Of a DNA stretch of 64,000 bases, positions 35,835 through 46,500 are shown piece after piece. The stretch comes from Camelus dromedarius (lineage: Eukaryota), in NCBI RefSeq assembly GCF_036321535.1, contig NC_087445.1, positions 78,120,001 to 78,184,000 on the forward strand. Direction: 5' to 3'. A model generated the notes under the pieces. The model did not search any database. It was not told the DNA's origin and saw nothing but the letters and a program-made list of their open reading frames with translations. Within the stretch, counting starts at the first letter, position 1, and each line of letters opens with the position of its first letter. Made by a program: the position numbers and the translations under genes.

Positions 35835-36050
35835 TTTTAGTTTCGTTTGGTGGTAAAATTGTCACGATATGAAAGTCACCATTTAAACCATTTTAAAGCG
35901 TGTAAAATTCAGTGTCATTTGTACGTTCGCAACGTCAGGCAACTATCACCACTCTCTAGTTCCAGAACGTTTCACTACCCTGGAAGGAGACCTCACACGC
36001 CTTCATAGCCTTTAGGTGAGCAGCGTCTCTGTGCTTTTTCTCATGAATGT
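35835..36050 (-). mobile_element. L1MB-like 3' end fragment
   Basis: GTGGTAAAAT...ACCATTTTAAAG...CAACTATCACCACTCTCTAGTTCCAGAAC matches the antisense L1M 3' terminus. Confidence 0.7.
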
Positions 36051-37150
36051 AACGCACATGGGGGCCCAGCTCCGCGCCGGGCGCCGCGCAAACTGCCCTT
36101 GGTCTGGGGCTGACCCTCCCCCGGAAGCGAGAAGCAATCAGGATCTTGCTGCAAGAAGCCTGGAAACCCGGGAGCCCGGCAGGCAGGAAGCTACACCACT
36201 CCCGGCGCGCTTTGCTCGGAAATAGCCGGAGGGGCAACTTAAGTACCCACGCCGCGGTAGCCCTGACCAATCGGCGCTCGCTGCGGCTCCTGCGCGCTTC
36301 TGGTAGGCTCTTGTGTCAGTCCGTTAGAAGTGCGGGCTCGAGATGGGAGGGGCGGGGAAGAAATCTGACCAGTCGGTGCCCGCTATGGCTTCCTGCGCGC
36401 ACTTGGTAGGCTTTTGTGTCAGTCCGTCAGGAGGGCGGGCCCGAGGCAGGGGCGGGGGAGAAATCTGGCCAACCGGCGCCCGCTGCGGCTCCCTGCGCGC
36501 TCCTGGTAGGTCCGTGCGTCAGTCCGTCAGGCGAGTTCAGGGGCGGGCAGGCGGCAGCGGCGGCGGCGGGCGGGCGAGTAGTTCCGGGCGCGCGGCGACC
36601 GTTGGTGAGTCTGGACGCTGGGGTCGGGTCGGGTCCGGTCGGGTAGGATCGCGAGTCGGGGTCGCTGGTCAGGGTAGAGGGGTGGGGGCGGCGGGGCGCG
36701 CGGCTCCGGGATGCAGGGCGAGGGCACGGCCGCCGCCGTCGCCGCCGCCCGCGGGCCCGAGGGGATTTCTCGGAGCCGGAAACTGAAAGTCGGAGCGGGG
36801 CCGGCGCCGGAAAGTTCGCGAACGGCCGGGGCGTCCACGGCGTCCCGGGCCGGGGTCCGCGCGGTCCCCGCCCGCCGCCCGCTGCCCGCGCGGAGCTTCG
36901 GCTGCAGTCCGCGGCCCCCACGCCTTCCTGCCGCGGGGGGCCTCCCCACCCGCTCGGGGTTGGACGGGCTCCCGGGCGGCCTGCCCTCGGGCTCGCCGGT
37001 TGTCCCTCTGCGCCCGGGGACTCGCCCGCGCCCACCCTGCAGTTCCCGGCCGCGGCCCCGAGCCGGTGGGGTGGACGTCGGGGGGCCTCTCCGGCCTCTT
37101 TCGCGCGGGGGAGCCTGCGAGCGGGGCTGGGGCCGCCGCCCTTTGTGTCC
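36050..37150 (+). promoter_or_regulatory. TRAF2: TRAF2 CpG-island promoter and non-coding exon 1 (ends 36604)
   Basis: Dense CpG. Donor GACCGTTG|GTGAGT at 36604/36605. Joining it to exon 2 (43476) gives a leader resembling the TRAF2 mRNA 5' UTR as recalled. Confidence 0.8.
36263..36547 (+). repeat. Three tandem ~100-bp promoter modules
   Basis: Units start at 36263, 36365 and 36465. Each reads CTG(A/G)CCA.(T/C)CGG.GC...CTGCGCGC...TGGTAGG...GTCAGTCCGT(C/T)AG...GGGGCGGG. Confidence 0.85.
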
Positions 37151-39939
37151 GTGGGAGCTGGGTGCCTGTTCGATGCTGGACAGGAGCCCCGAGGTGGATG
37201 CGGAGGGGAAGATGAGGACACTGGTCGGAGCACCCGTGCCTCCGGGATCCGGAGAGTTGGCAGCTGCCCGGAGGGATGGAGCCGGGAGTGGGGCGACTCA
37301 GAAGGCTACTCTGCGGTCGGGGGGCCAGAGGCTCTCTGGAGGCACGGCGACTCATGATGGGCCGGGACAGCGGAGACCCGGGACAGCTGCGCTTGTGACA
37401 GCAGACGCTGCCCCCGGCCTCGAGTCCAGCAGAGCAGGGGGGCGTGCCAGGCCTGACTCCCAGCCCACAGCAGAGGCGCGCAGGCCACGCCTGGCCCTGC
37501 GTGACTCAGGGGCCACATGTCATCGGCCAGGACTGCAATGTTTAAGGACTCACAGTTCCTGGCTTTAGGTGGAGGTCCCAGCCAATCCGAAATTGCTGCT
37601 TGAGTCTTGGTTTTTTTCCTTCAACAGTTTTATTGCAGTCTAATGTACATACCGCAAAATTCACTTTTGTTTGAATTTCAAACAAAAAAAAATTGTAAGA
37701 ATCGCTTTTTTGAAGTCTTTTCTAAGGAGCAGAAGCTCCCTGAGCACTCAGCAGCAGTGTCGTCACACAATTGAGCAGCCGCCCCCTCTGCCTCCAGCCC
37801 TCAGCCTGGCCCCCCACCCACCTCCGTCCCCTCCCCTCCGTCTCTGCCTCCTGCATAGCCCAGTCCGCTGAGGCTGCGGCTCCCAGAGGCAGGAGCTGGG
37901 AGCTGGGCCTCTGTGCCCTCTGGCCCTTTTGCCTGAAAGAGCCCTGCAGGCGCCTCCTAAAACACCGGGGTTGCGCGCGCGCCACATGCCCTTCCAGGGT
38001 CGCCCTGTGGCCTAGGTCTCTGCCACCTGAGGCTGCGTTGTGCCGTGTGGCCCTGGTGCGTGGGCTGCATGGGGAGTCGTGCAACCTCGGTCTCCCCAGC
38101 TCCACACGTGACCAATGGCAGGGGCCTGGAAACATCTGTGCGGAGCGGCAGGTAGAGTGAAGGTCACGTGTGTGCCTCACTGGATCGCCCGCTCTGGGGA
38201 GACAGACAGGAATGTCGTTCCTCTGGGACCTGAAGGAACAGGTTGTTGCAGCAGTGGTTGTAACCTGCGGACCAGAGCACGGTCCAGGAAGAAAAGGCCT
38301 CTTGACTTTGCTTTGAGAGTCAGGTTTGGGCCCCTTCCTGGCAGTGAAAAATGCGAGCCCCCACCCCACCAGCATGGTCAGTGCCCCAGCAGGGACTGAT
38401 CGCAGCAGCCTGACAGGTGGGTTTCCTGGCGGGATGGTGAGCGCACACGAGCAGGGGAGGAAGGTCCAGAGGAGAAAACCCGGAAAAATGACCCACGGGT
38501 CCCACGGGCCATGCCAAGAATGGGGTGCATGCTTTGTGTCTGTCCTGTGCTTGAGCCTGTCCTCCCCAAACACCTGCGCTGTGTGTCCACAGGGAGGGCA
38601 TGTCACTGTACCACCGAGGGGCTGAGCCTTGGGGGTAGGGGCAGAGGCACGTTCAGGAGAAGCTGCCCCCTGGGTCTGGGCTGAGATGTGCCAGCTCTGA
38701 GCAGGGTTAGTAGAGTGGAGACCAAGCCCCTTCAGGTCCCCGCAGGTGTTGGAGATGGCATTTGGGGCAGGTGTTGTGGACTTCTGTGATTTGGGGAGGC
38801 GAATACGCAGCAGGGGTTGGGGGATGAGGCGGAGGAATGGGGTGCCTCAGGTGTGGGCTCCATGTCTGGGGCGCCCTGCTTGGAGTGGGGCGGGGCAGAA
38901 GGGCCAGACAGATGGTGTGGGAGTCAGTGGACGGTGGGAGCCCAGGGAGCAGAGGGCACTCCCGCAGCCCTGCCCAGGCCTGGGCCCCTCCTCCCCGCCC
39001 TCCCACTCCTGCCTCCAGGCCTGCAGTGCCCGGTACCAAGGAGAGCGGGGTTGGGGGTGCCCTCACAGGAGGAGGGCTGGCATGGCTCCGTCTTAGCAAG
39101 GGCTGTCTCAGGAGGCCTTGCCCAGCGCGGAGACCCCAGGTGGAGCTGGGGATGGCAGAGCAGCCTGGAAGCCTTGAGGCCTGAGGGAGGAACCTGGGTC
39201 CTGGTCACGTATTGAGGGGCCTCAGCAGACCCCTGTGGTGAGCCAGCTCACGGTGGCAGTGACCGGGGCCCGACAGGGCATCAAGCTGCAGATGCTTGTG
39301 GAGGGCAGAGCCGATGGGCTTCCTGACTGGGTCGCGGTGGGCACGAGGCGAGGTGGAGGCCTCGCGCTCGCTTACCTTCTCCCTGTTGCTAGCCCAGCTT
39401 TTAATGAGAGAAGCTGAATACGCTGACAGCTTCCGGAACCAGGCACCAGGCGCTGGCACTGTCAGAAAGGGGACGGCCAGGCGGGAACAGGTGCTGGCAT
39501 TACTGGGTAGCAGACCGCGTGCTGCCCCGTGTTGTCGCACCGGCCTTACCTGAGCTCCAGACGGCGCGGGCCAAAGCAGGAGTTCGGTGCCCAAGTGGGC
39601 CTCCAGGCCTCGGGGCCCACGCACGGCCGGGCGGCACGCGGGGGTTGTGACAGTGCTACCTCCCCTTCTGAGGATTAGTCGCCGATGCCCACGCACCAGG
39701 TTAAGAACACTGGTGCCCCGCTGCCCGGTGGCCTCTGGCTCAGTCTTGGTCTCGATGATTTCCTGCAGGGACGGCCCTTCCCCCAGGTCCTCCGGCCCTG
39801 CACCCAGGTGGGGTCTCGGCTTGTGAAGGGGGCCTGCAGCCAAGGAAACGGCAGAGTGGCAGTGGGGTGCTGGGCACCCCCACTCTCCTGGGGGGCGGAG
39901 GCGGGAGCTAGCTCCAGCCCCCCCTGGGGCAGGTCTTCT

Positions 39940-40200
39940 GTGTGAAAACCTGTGTTTGAAGTTGCCCTGCCGTTGTTAACGTTATGAGGCAGGGTTACTC
40001 TGGATAAACATGTACCGTTTGCCATACGTAGGGATTTCACCATCTTTTTTGACTCTCCAGGAATAGAAAGTCCATCTTTTTCTTGTTGAAATGAGGTGTA
40101 TGTGCAGCAGGGCGTGCACATCCTGAGCGTGTGGCCGGTGCCCTCCTGTCTCCGCACACGGTCATCCCAGCACCCTGGAAGGTCCCTCACCAACTTTGAC
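39940..40200 (-). mobile_element. Old L1M 3' fragment
   Basis: TTGTTGAAATGAGGTGTATGTGCAGCAGGGCGTGCACATCCTGAGCGTG resembles a degraded L1M terminus. Confidence 0.45.
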
Positions 40201-40204
40201 CCTT

Positions 40205-40780
40205 CTCAGTGGAAAACTCCTGTTTGTCTACTCACGTCTCTGACTCCAAATGTCTTTTCACACCAAGCAGTTCTCCATTTCTTGGTGGACACCAACTGGG
40301 TGTCCTCCAGTTTAATTCAGCTCTGGTACTGGCCACCGGAGTTAGCACAGACCCCTCATGTGGAGGACTTGGTCCCACAAGACTGCCCTACCCACCTGAG
40401 GTGCCAAAGGCAGGACCTCCCATACTTCTGACCAACTGGCCACAAGTTGAGGGCTTCCGTGACCCCTCCTGTGGTTCAGTAATTTGCTGGAAGGGTTCAC
40501 AGAACTTAAAGGAGTCCTGAGTAACAGCCAGATGAAGAGACACAGGGGCAGGTGTGGGGAAGGGCGCAGCCTCCATGGCCCTCCAGCCCCCACCCTCCCA
40601 GCACCTCAGCGTGGTCATCCCAGGCGCTGCTGTGCAGGCCCCATCGTTTAGGGGCTTGTGGGGGCCCCACCATGAAGGCACAACTGATTAAATCACCAGC
40701 GATGAAGTCGCTCTGTCTCTCCTCCCCACTGGAGATAGGGGTGGCGGTGAGAGGGGCTCCTGGTCCCCACCCCTCGGGAA
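40205..40780 (+). mobile_element. MER21-family LTR in TRAF2 intron 1
   Basis: CACACCAAGCAGTTCTCC...GGACACCAACTGGGTGTCCTC...GGTCCCACAAGACTGCCC...TTCTGACCAACTGGC match the MER21 consensus as recalled. Confidence 0.75.
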
Positions 40781-42742
40781 GTCCCGGAGCTCAGGTGCTC
40801 GGTGTCGGTGTCGGGAGCCAGGAAGAAGACCACGTGTGTCCCGTGTCACACGCCACACCCCGAGCAGCTGCTGCCCCGGCTTCCGCTGTCTTAGACTCAC
40901 TTTGCCTGTCCCCATACCTCACATATCAGACTGACTGGGCCAATCATCGTTCGTATTTAGTAGAAATGCCATTTTGACAAAGTGTGAGCTGTATAAAGTT
41001 AGTGCGTTCGCATCTGGAGCCCGTTGGGGAGTGAGTCAGGTGTGAGGTCGGGGCCGGGCTGTGGGAGCACTTGTTCACGCGCCCAGGCGGGTCTCTGTGA
41101 GTGGCTGGAGTCCGTATTTTTTACCATCTCAGCTGAGGGTCAGAATTTAGAAAATAAACTGAAGCTTGGAAGGGCCAGTAGGGGGTTTTAGTTCCAGACT
41201 GGAGGCTCGGAGCATCTGACCCTCCCCGTCTGTTCCCTTGAGCATGAAGGACAGCCACAGCCCTGTGTCATCTCGGGGGTGGACGTGTGTGGGCCCCATG
41301 GAGGTTCAGAGAGGACCAGAGGCTCACTGTGTCTTCCGCAATTTCGGTGGGCAGCAACGCTTTTGAGCCTCTGTGATGTTTTTCATCACAATTGTTAGGG
41401 CTGAAGTGTTTTTATGAGTGTGACTTGAATAAAACGTTCAAGGATTGAAACACTGAGACCTCCCAGGGTATGGCAGGGGCACCGGCGGGCTCTCAGCATC
41501 TGACCGCCCTCCAGCCCCGCCACAGAGCCCCGCTGTGTGTGTGGGGGAGCCTTTCCGCTTTTCATCGCTCCAGAAGGAGATCACTTTTGTGGTTCTTTTA
41601 TGTCCAACAGGAGTAAATTTCGATGGATTAATAAAATGGGCTCAGTGTGCGGCAGAAGCTGTGGTCCATCAGCCAAAAAGTGCTTCTCCCAGGTCAGCCC
41701 CCTTCAGGTGGGAAGTCGGGGTGGGACAAGAACGTCTCCCCACACATCTGCTGGGAACTGTTTTTGAAACTGCCTGACAAGTGTCCCCCTGATCCTCGCA
41801 CCGTGTGAGGTTCATTTTTTATTTTGCCTTCTAGCCCTGCCCGTGTAAACAGGGCTGCAGTCAGAATGCTTTGCGCTTTGTTTTCATTGTATTTAACATT
41901 TTATAACAGTTTCCACTTAAAGGAGGTGGCTTTTTTTTTAAGCTAGTGGTACGTAAATAAAAACCTCCCTCTCGTGTAGTTCAGAACCGTGGTTTTTAAA
42001 CCACTTCATGGTTCATGAAGCCAACTTAGTAGGATGATCAGAACAAAAGATGACAGGAACGTGGGTGGCCCTCACGCAGGCGGGAGTGCCTGCAGGGACC
42101 GGAGTTCCCAGGCACAGCCCGGCCGGGAGCTCGCGCTGGCCGGCGCTCTGAGCGCGTCGCTGAGCACTCGGGACTTTCTGTTCACACCTCCACCGAAAGG
42201 TCTTAATGTTGGCACCTTGTAGTGCTCACGCTCACACGTCCTGCGGGCTTGCAGGGATGGAGTCCCGAGTTGTCCAAGGGGTGGATGCATCCCAGGGACC
42301 ACGTGCACGCACGTGTGAGGAGAGTGCGGGAGAGCAGACAGGTGTGCCCGCCGCGGGCAACCTGGGCACATGGCCCCTCTGTGGGGCGGCTGGACGCAAG
42401 GCTGTGGGTTGTGCAAACGCCCTGCACGTTGTGGGTGCCCTCAGAGTCAGGCCTCGTACGTGGCAGACCCCACAGCTGTCAAAGCAGCCGGGCTCTGGTG
42501 CGCCGTCTGCGCTGTCCCGGGGTCAGGGCCGTTTGGGACAGTACACACGGCCTCCTGCGTGTCGTCGCTGCCCAGGCAGACAGACCCCTGTCCCCTTCAT
42601 TCCTTCCTGGCTTGAGCGTGCACAGATCCCTGAGCAGACGTGTGGGGTGTCCCGGGGTGCCCTCCAGAGTGTCTCTGAGGTGACTGTTTTGCATTGGGGG
42701 CTGCTAGGCGCTCGTCCTTTTTCCAGGGTCAGTGGGTACAGT

Positions 42743-42870
42743 TTCTTTAACTTTTTTGGGGGGAGGGTCAGGCTTATTTGTCTTTCCAGTGTATCTTTAA
42801 TGGAGGTGCTGGGGGTAGAACCCAGGACCTTGTGCGTGCTAAGCACGCGCTCTACTGCTGAGCTATACCC
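42743..42870 (-). mobile_element. tRNA-derived SINE (vic-1-like)
   Basis: Minus strand GGGTATAGCTCAGCAGTAGAGCGCGTGCTTAGCACGCACAAGGTCCTGGGTTCTACCCCCAGCACCTCCATT plus A-rich tail. Confidence 0.85.
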
Positions 42871-43504
42871 ATCTTTTGCTTTTCAAGATTGTGGGTGATG
42901 AACAAGTCTCTGAACCCGCTCCCCCCACTCGCCCAGCCCAGTTACCTTGCCTTGGGGCCTTTTCAGGGCCTGATGGATGGCAGAGGGTGGCTCTGAAGTG
43001 AGAGTGACACTGGCTGCGGGGATGGGTGAGGAGCAGTGGCAGGAAGCAGGCTGTGCCCCTGATCTCAGGGCTGCCAGGTGGGAAAGGGAAGGTCCTGCCA
43101 GGCCAGTGTGTTGCTCACTGAGTGGCCTCTGGGACAGACAGGTGCAGGGATCCCGGACTGTGACCGCAGTCAGGGGCAGGCTCATGCCGAGTCTGCGGGT
43201 CATGGCAGGCTGGCTGGGGCACAGAGGCCCGGGCTGGACGGCCTTGAGCGCAGCCTGCCGGTCCCAGGGCTGCAGTAGGCGTGTGGGTGCCTGCTTCGCA
43301 ACGCAGGCAGGCCGCCCCGGCTGCGCCTTGCTTCCTGGACTTGTAGCGGGAGGTTGGACTAGCTCTGCAGAGCGTCGGCCTGATGGCCCAGACCCCCATC
43401 CAGGCAGGGTTCCCGGAGGGCTCTCTGGAGCCAGCACCCACGGGCCCTGCGGTGACACGCTGTCCTCTCCCATAGGGCTTGGCGGTTCGCGGGCCGCGGC
43501 GCTC

Positions 43505-46500
43505 ATGGCTGCAGCCAGCGTGACCCCTCCCGGCTCCCTCGACCTGCTGCAGCCTGGCTTCTCAAAGGCCCTCCTGGGGACCAGGCTGGAGGACAAGTAC
43601 CTGTGCTCGGCCTGCAAGAACGTCCTGCGCAGGCCCTTCCAGGCGCAGTGCGGCCACCGCTACTGCTCCTGCTGCCTGACCAGCATCCTGAGGTAGGCGG
43701 CGCTGCGGGTGGGCAGATGGGGGCCATGTGGGCGGCCTGCTCCGGGGGTGGGGCGTGATGAGGCATCTTGTGAAAGTCAGTTTCCCTGCTCCTTGTTTTG
43801 TTTTTAATTAAAAAAATTTTTTGTTGGAGGGAGGTAATTAGGTTTATTTACTTATTCTTAGAGGAGGCACTGGGGATTGAACCCAGGACCTTATGCATGC
43901 GAAGCACCTGCTCTGCCACTTGAGCTGTACCCTCCCCCCTCCTCATTTTTAACATGGGAATGGACAGTGTGAGGTGCCCTGTGACTCCTGCTCCCATTGT
44001 GCTAGCCGTGTGAGTCCCCAAGTCCCCCAGAGGGCCCGCCTGGCGAGTGGCCGCCGAAGGGCTGGGAGGTGGGCCCTGGCCCGGTCCTGGGCCTCCGCCT
44101 CCGCGGGGCACCCAGACAGAGGGAGAGCTCCGCGCTCACTGTCTGCCGGTGGCCAATGAGCCCCGATCCGTAGAAGGCTCGCGCTGGGCCTCACAGCGGG
44201 ACCGCCCCCCCCCCCCCCCAGCTCCGGGCCCCAGAACTGCGCTGCCTGCGTGCACGAGGGCATATACGAGGACGGCGTCTCTATCCTGGAGAGCAGCTCG
44301 GTGAGTGCGCTGGCGGCGGTGGGCTGGGCAGAGCGCTCGCCTTTCCCTGAGTAGTGCTAACGGCAGAGCGAAGTGGCTGGGGCGACTGTGGGCTCCGGAA
44401 GGTCGCGTGGAGAGGCAACCCAGTCCAGCCCGAAGGCTGGTGGGGTGGGGTGCAGGGTGGGTGACGGGGGACAGGGAGGAGGCTGACCTGCAGGGACGCT
44501 CTCCCCCAGGCCTTCCCAGACAATGCCGCCCGCAGGGAGGTGGAGAGCCTGCCGGCCGTCTGTCCCAGCGACGGCTGCACCTGGAAGGGGACCCTGAAAG
44601 AATACGAGGTAGGGGCCGCCCTGCGCCCACTGGCCTCCTGGGGCTGCCCCCTCCCCCAGAGCCATCTGATGTCGTGGAAGAGGGTGCAGGTCCCCTTAGA
44701 CCCTGGAGCTGACCCCGTGGGGCTGGTTGGTGTGGCCTGGGGCGCAGTACTCCCCACTCCAAGTCGCTTTGTGGCGTAGGGGCAGGGAGGGCAGCGTGGG
44801 CCGGGCCCTGGCGTGGGCCCTGAGATCGCCGTTTGCCTTCGGGAAACTAGCTTTCTCGCTGGTAGGATTTTGTGTGGTCTTCAGACGAGGGCTTTCCTCT
44901 CTTGGATGGTGTTGACGCTGGAAGGTGCAGAAGTGACCTGCACACCATCCTGTGGTCACAGGAAGGTGCCCCTGGCCAGCGACGGGCAGTGGCTGCTGTG
45001 CGTTCTCATGGGACTTGTCCCCCTGCCAGGTGAGGCTGCCTGGCCCCTGTGTCAGCACCCGGGCACTTCTGCGTGATTGGCTTCCGGCGGCTGGACCGTG
45101 GGCATGGAGGCCGCGAGATGCCAGAGCCTGCTTGGGAGGCTGGCCGCTGGCTCTTCTGATGAACAAGTGCCTTTTAAAAGTGACATCTCCAAGGTGCTTG
45201 TGCACAAGTGTCCCCAGCAGCACTGTTCCCAGTAGCCGAGTGCCCACCAGCTGGGGACAGGATGAACGAGATGTGGGCTGATCACTCTGTGGAACCGTAT
45301 TCAGTCTTGAAAAGGAAGGAGCTCACAGGCTGCAGTGAGGACGGACCTGGAGGACGTCATGCTGAGTGAAGGGGGCCTGACACAGAAGGACCGGTCTTGT
45401 GGGGTCCACCCCTGTGAGGGTCGTAGAGGAGTCAAACCCATGGAGACAGGAAGTGGAGTGGGGCCCTTACAGTGGGGAGGCTTCCTTGCCGTCCAGTGCA
45501 GCCCCGGTTGGCAAGGCTGGCAGGGCTGTTTGTGTGGGACCCCAGCTCTCCTGTGCCCAGAGCTGTCGCAGCCACGGAGAAGGCTCCCTGCCATGGGGTG
45601 GGCACTGGCCTGTGACTGAGTCCTGACCCCGGGGGAGGGCCTGTGGGTCTGCAGTTGGGGTCCTGGTTCCTGGCAGGTGTCTCCCTTTGCGCTCCCAGCG
45701 CATGCACTGAGTGTCCCTTGTTCCCTTGACCACCTCGACTCTCAGCTGCATTTTGGCTGGAGAACCTGAGGCTGTGTCTGGGAGGAGCCTCTGTGGGCTG
45801 GATGGGAACCTGTGCTTTCCTCTGATAGGCGCTGGGGCCTGGAAGCGGAGCAGTTCTGGGCTCCCGCGCCCTTTCCATTCCCTTCCTGGGAGCGGGGCGT
45901 CTGAGTCCGTGGACAGAGGCCTTGATGGCCCAGGGGCCACTGTACTGCCCAGGGGCAGGCAGGTGACGTTGAACGGAGGGCGGACCCGGGGTAGGGTCTT
46001 TCATGGGAGGGTAGGGAGCCCCTCAGGCTGTCAAGGGGACTGAAAGACCCCTGGGGATGGGTGGGGTGACCCCCCCCCCCGATTCCTCCAGCATTCCTGC
46101 CGCCTCCAGGCTGGTGGTGCAAGTGGTGGCTCTGTGGTTCTTGGGGGGGGGGTGCAGGCACGCGGGCTGGAAAGTCCCTGGCTGCGCCTGAGCTCAGGAA
46201 AGTCCCTGGGAGGGCGCTCTGGTCACGTGGGGGCGGCACTGCTCCGGCTGCCGCAGCCCCTGATGTGTTGATAAACCTCTCCCGGCTGTAAAGGTCACTG
46301 GCTGGGGTGAGAGTGGCCACCTTGCTATGACGGTGGCCCCACTCTCAGCTCTGAGCTGGCACGTTCATCCTTTGGGTTGCTCATAACGGGCGGTGCTGGG
46401 AAAGGCTGGTGCTGGGGCCGAGCTGTTGAAAGTGTGGAAAGATGGGGAAAATCCTGCTTAGTCTTTGAATAAGTTTTTCCTCTGCAGTGATGTCTAGTGT

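Noticed and set aside
36427-38606. 228-294-aa ORFs at the TRAF2 promoter and intron 1
   Set aside because: CpG-island shadow ORFs with no homology or splice support.
43693-43715. Mouse TRAF2A-type 7-aa RING insertion via a donor 21 nt downstream
   Set aside because: No GT at +22; the nearest GT (+17) would be out of frame.
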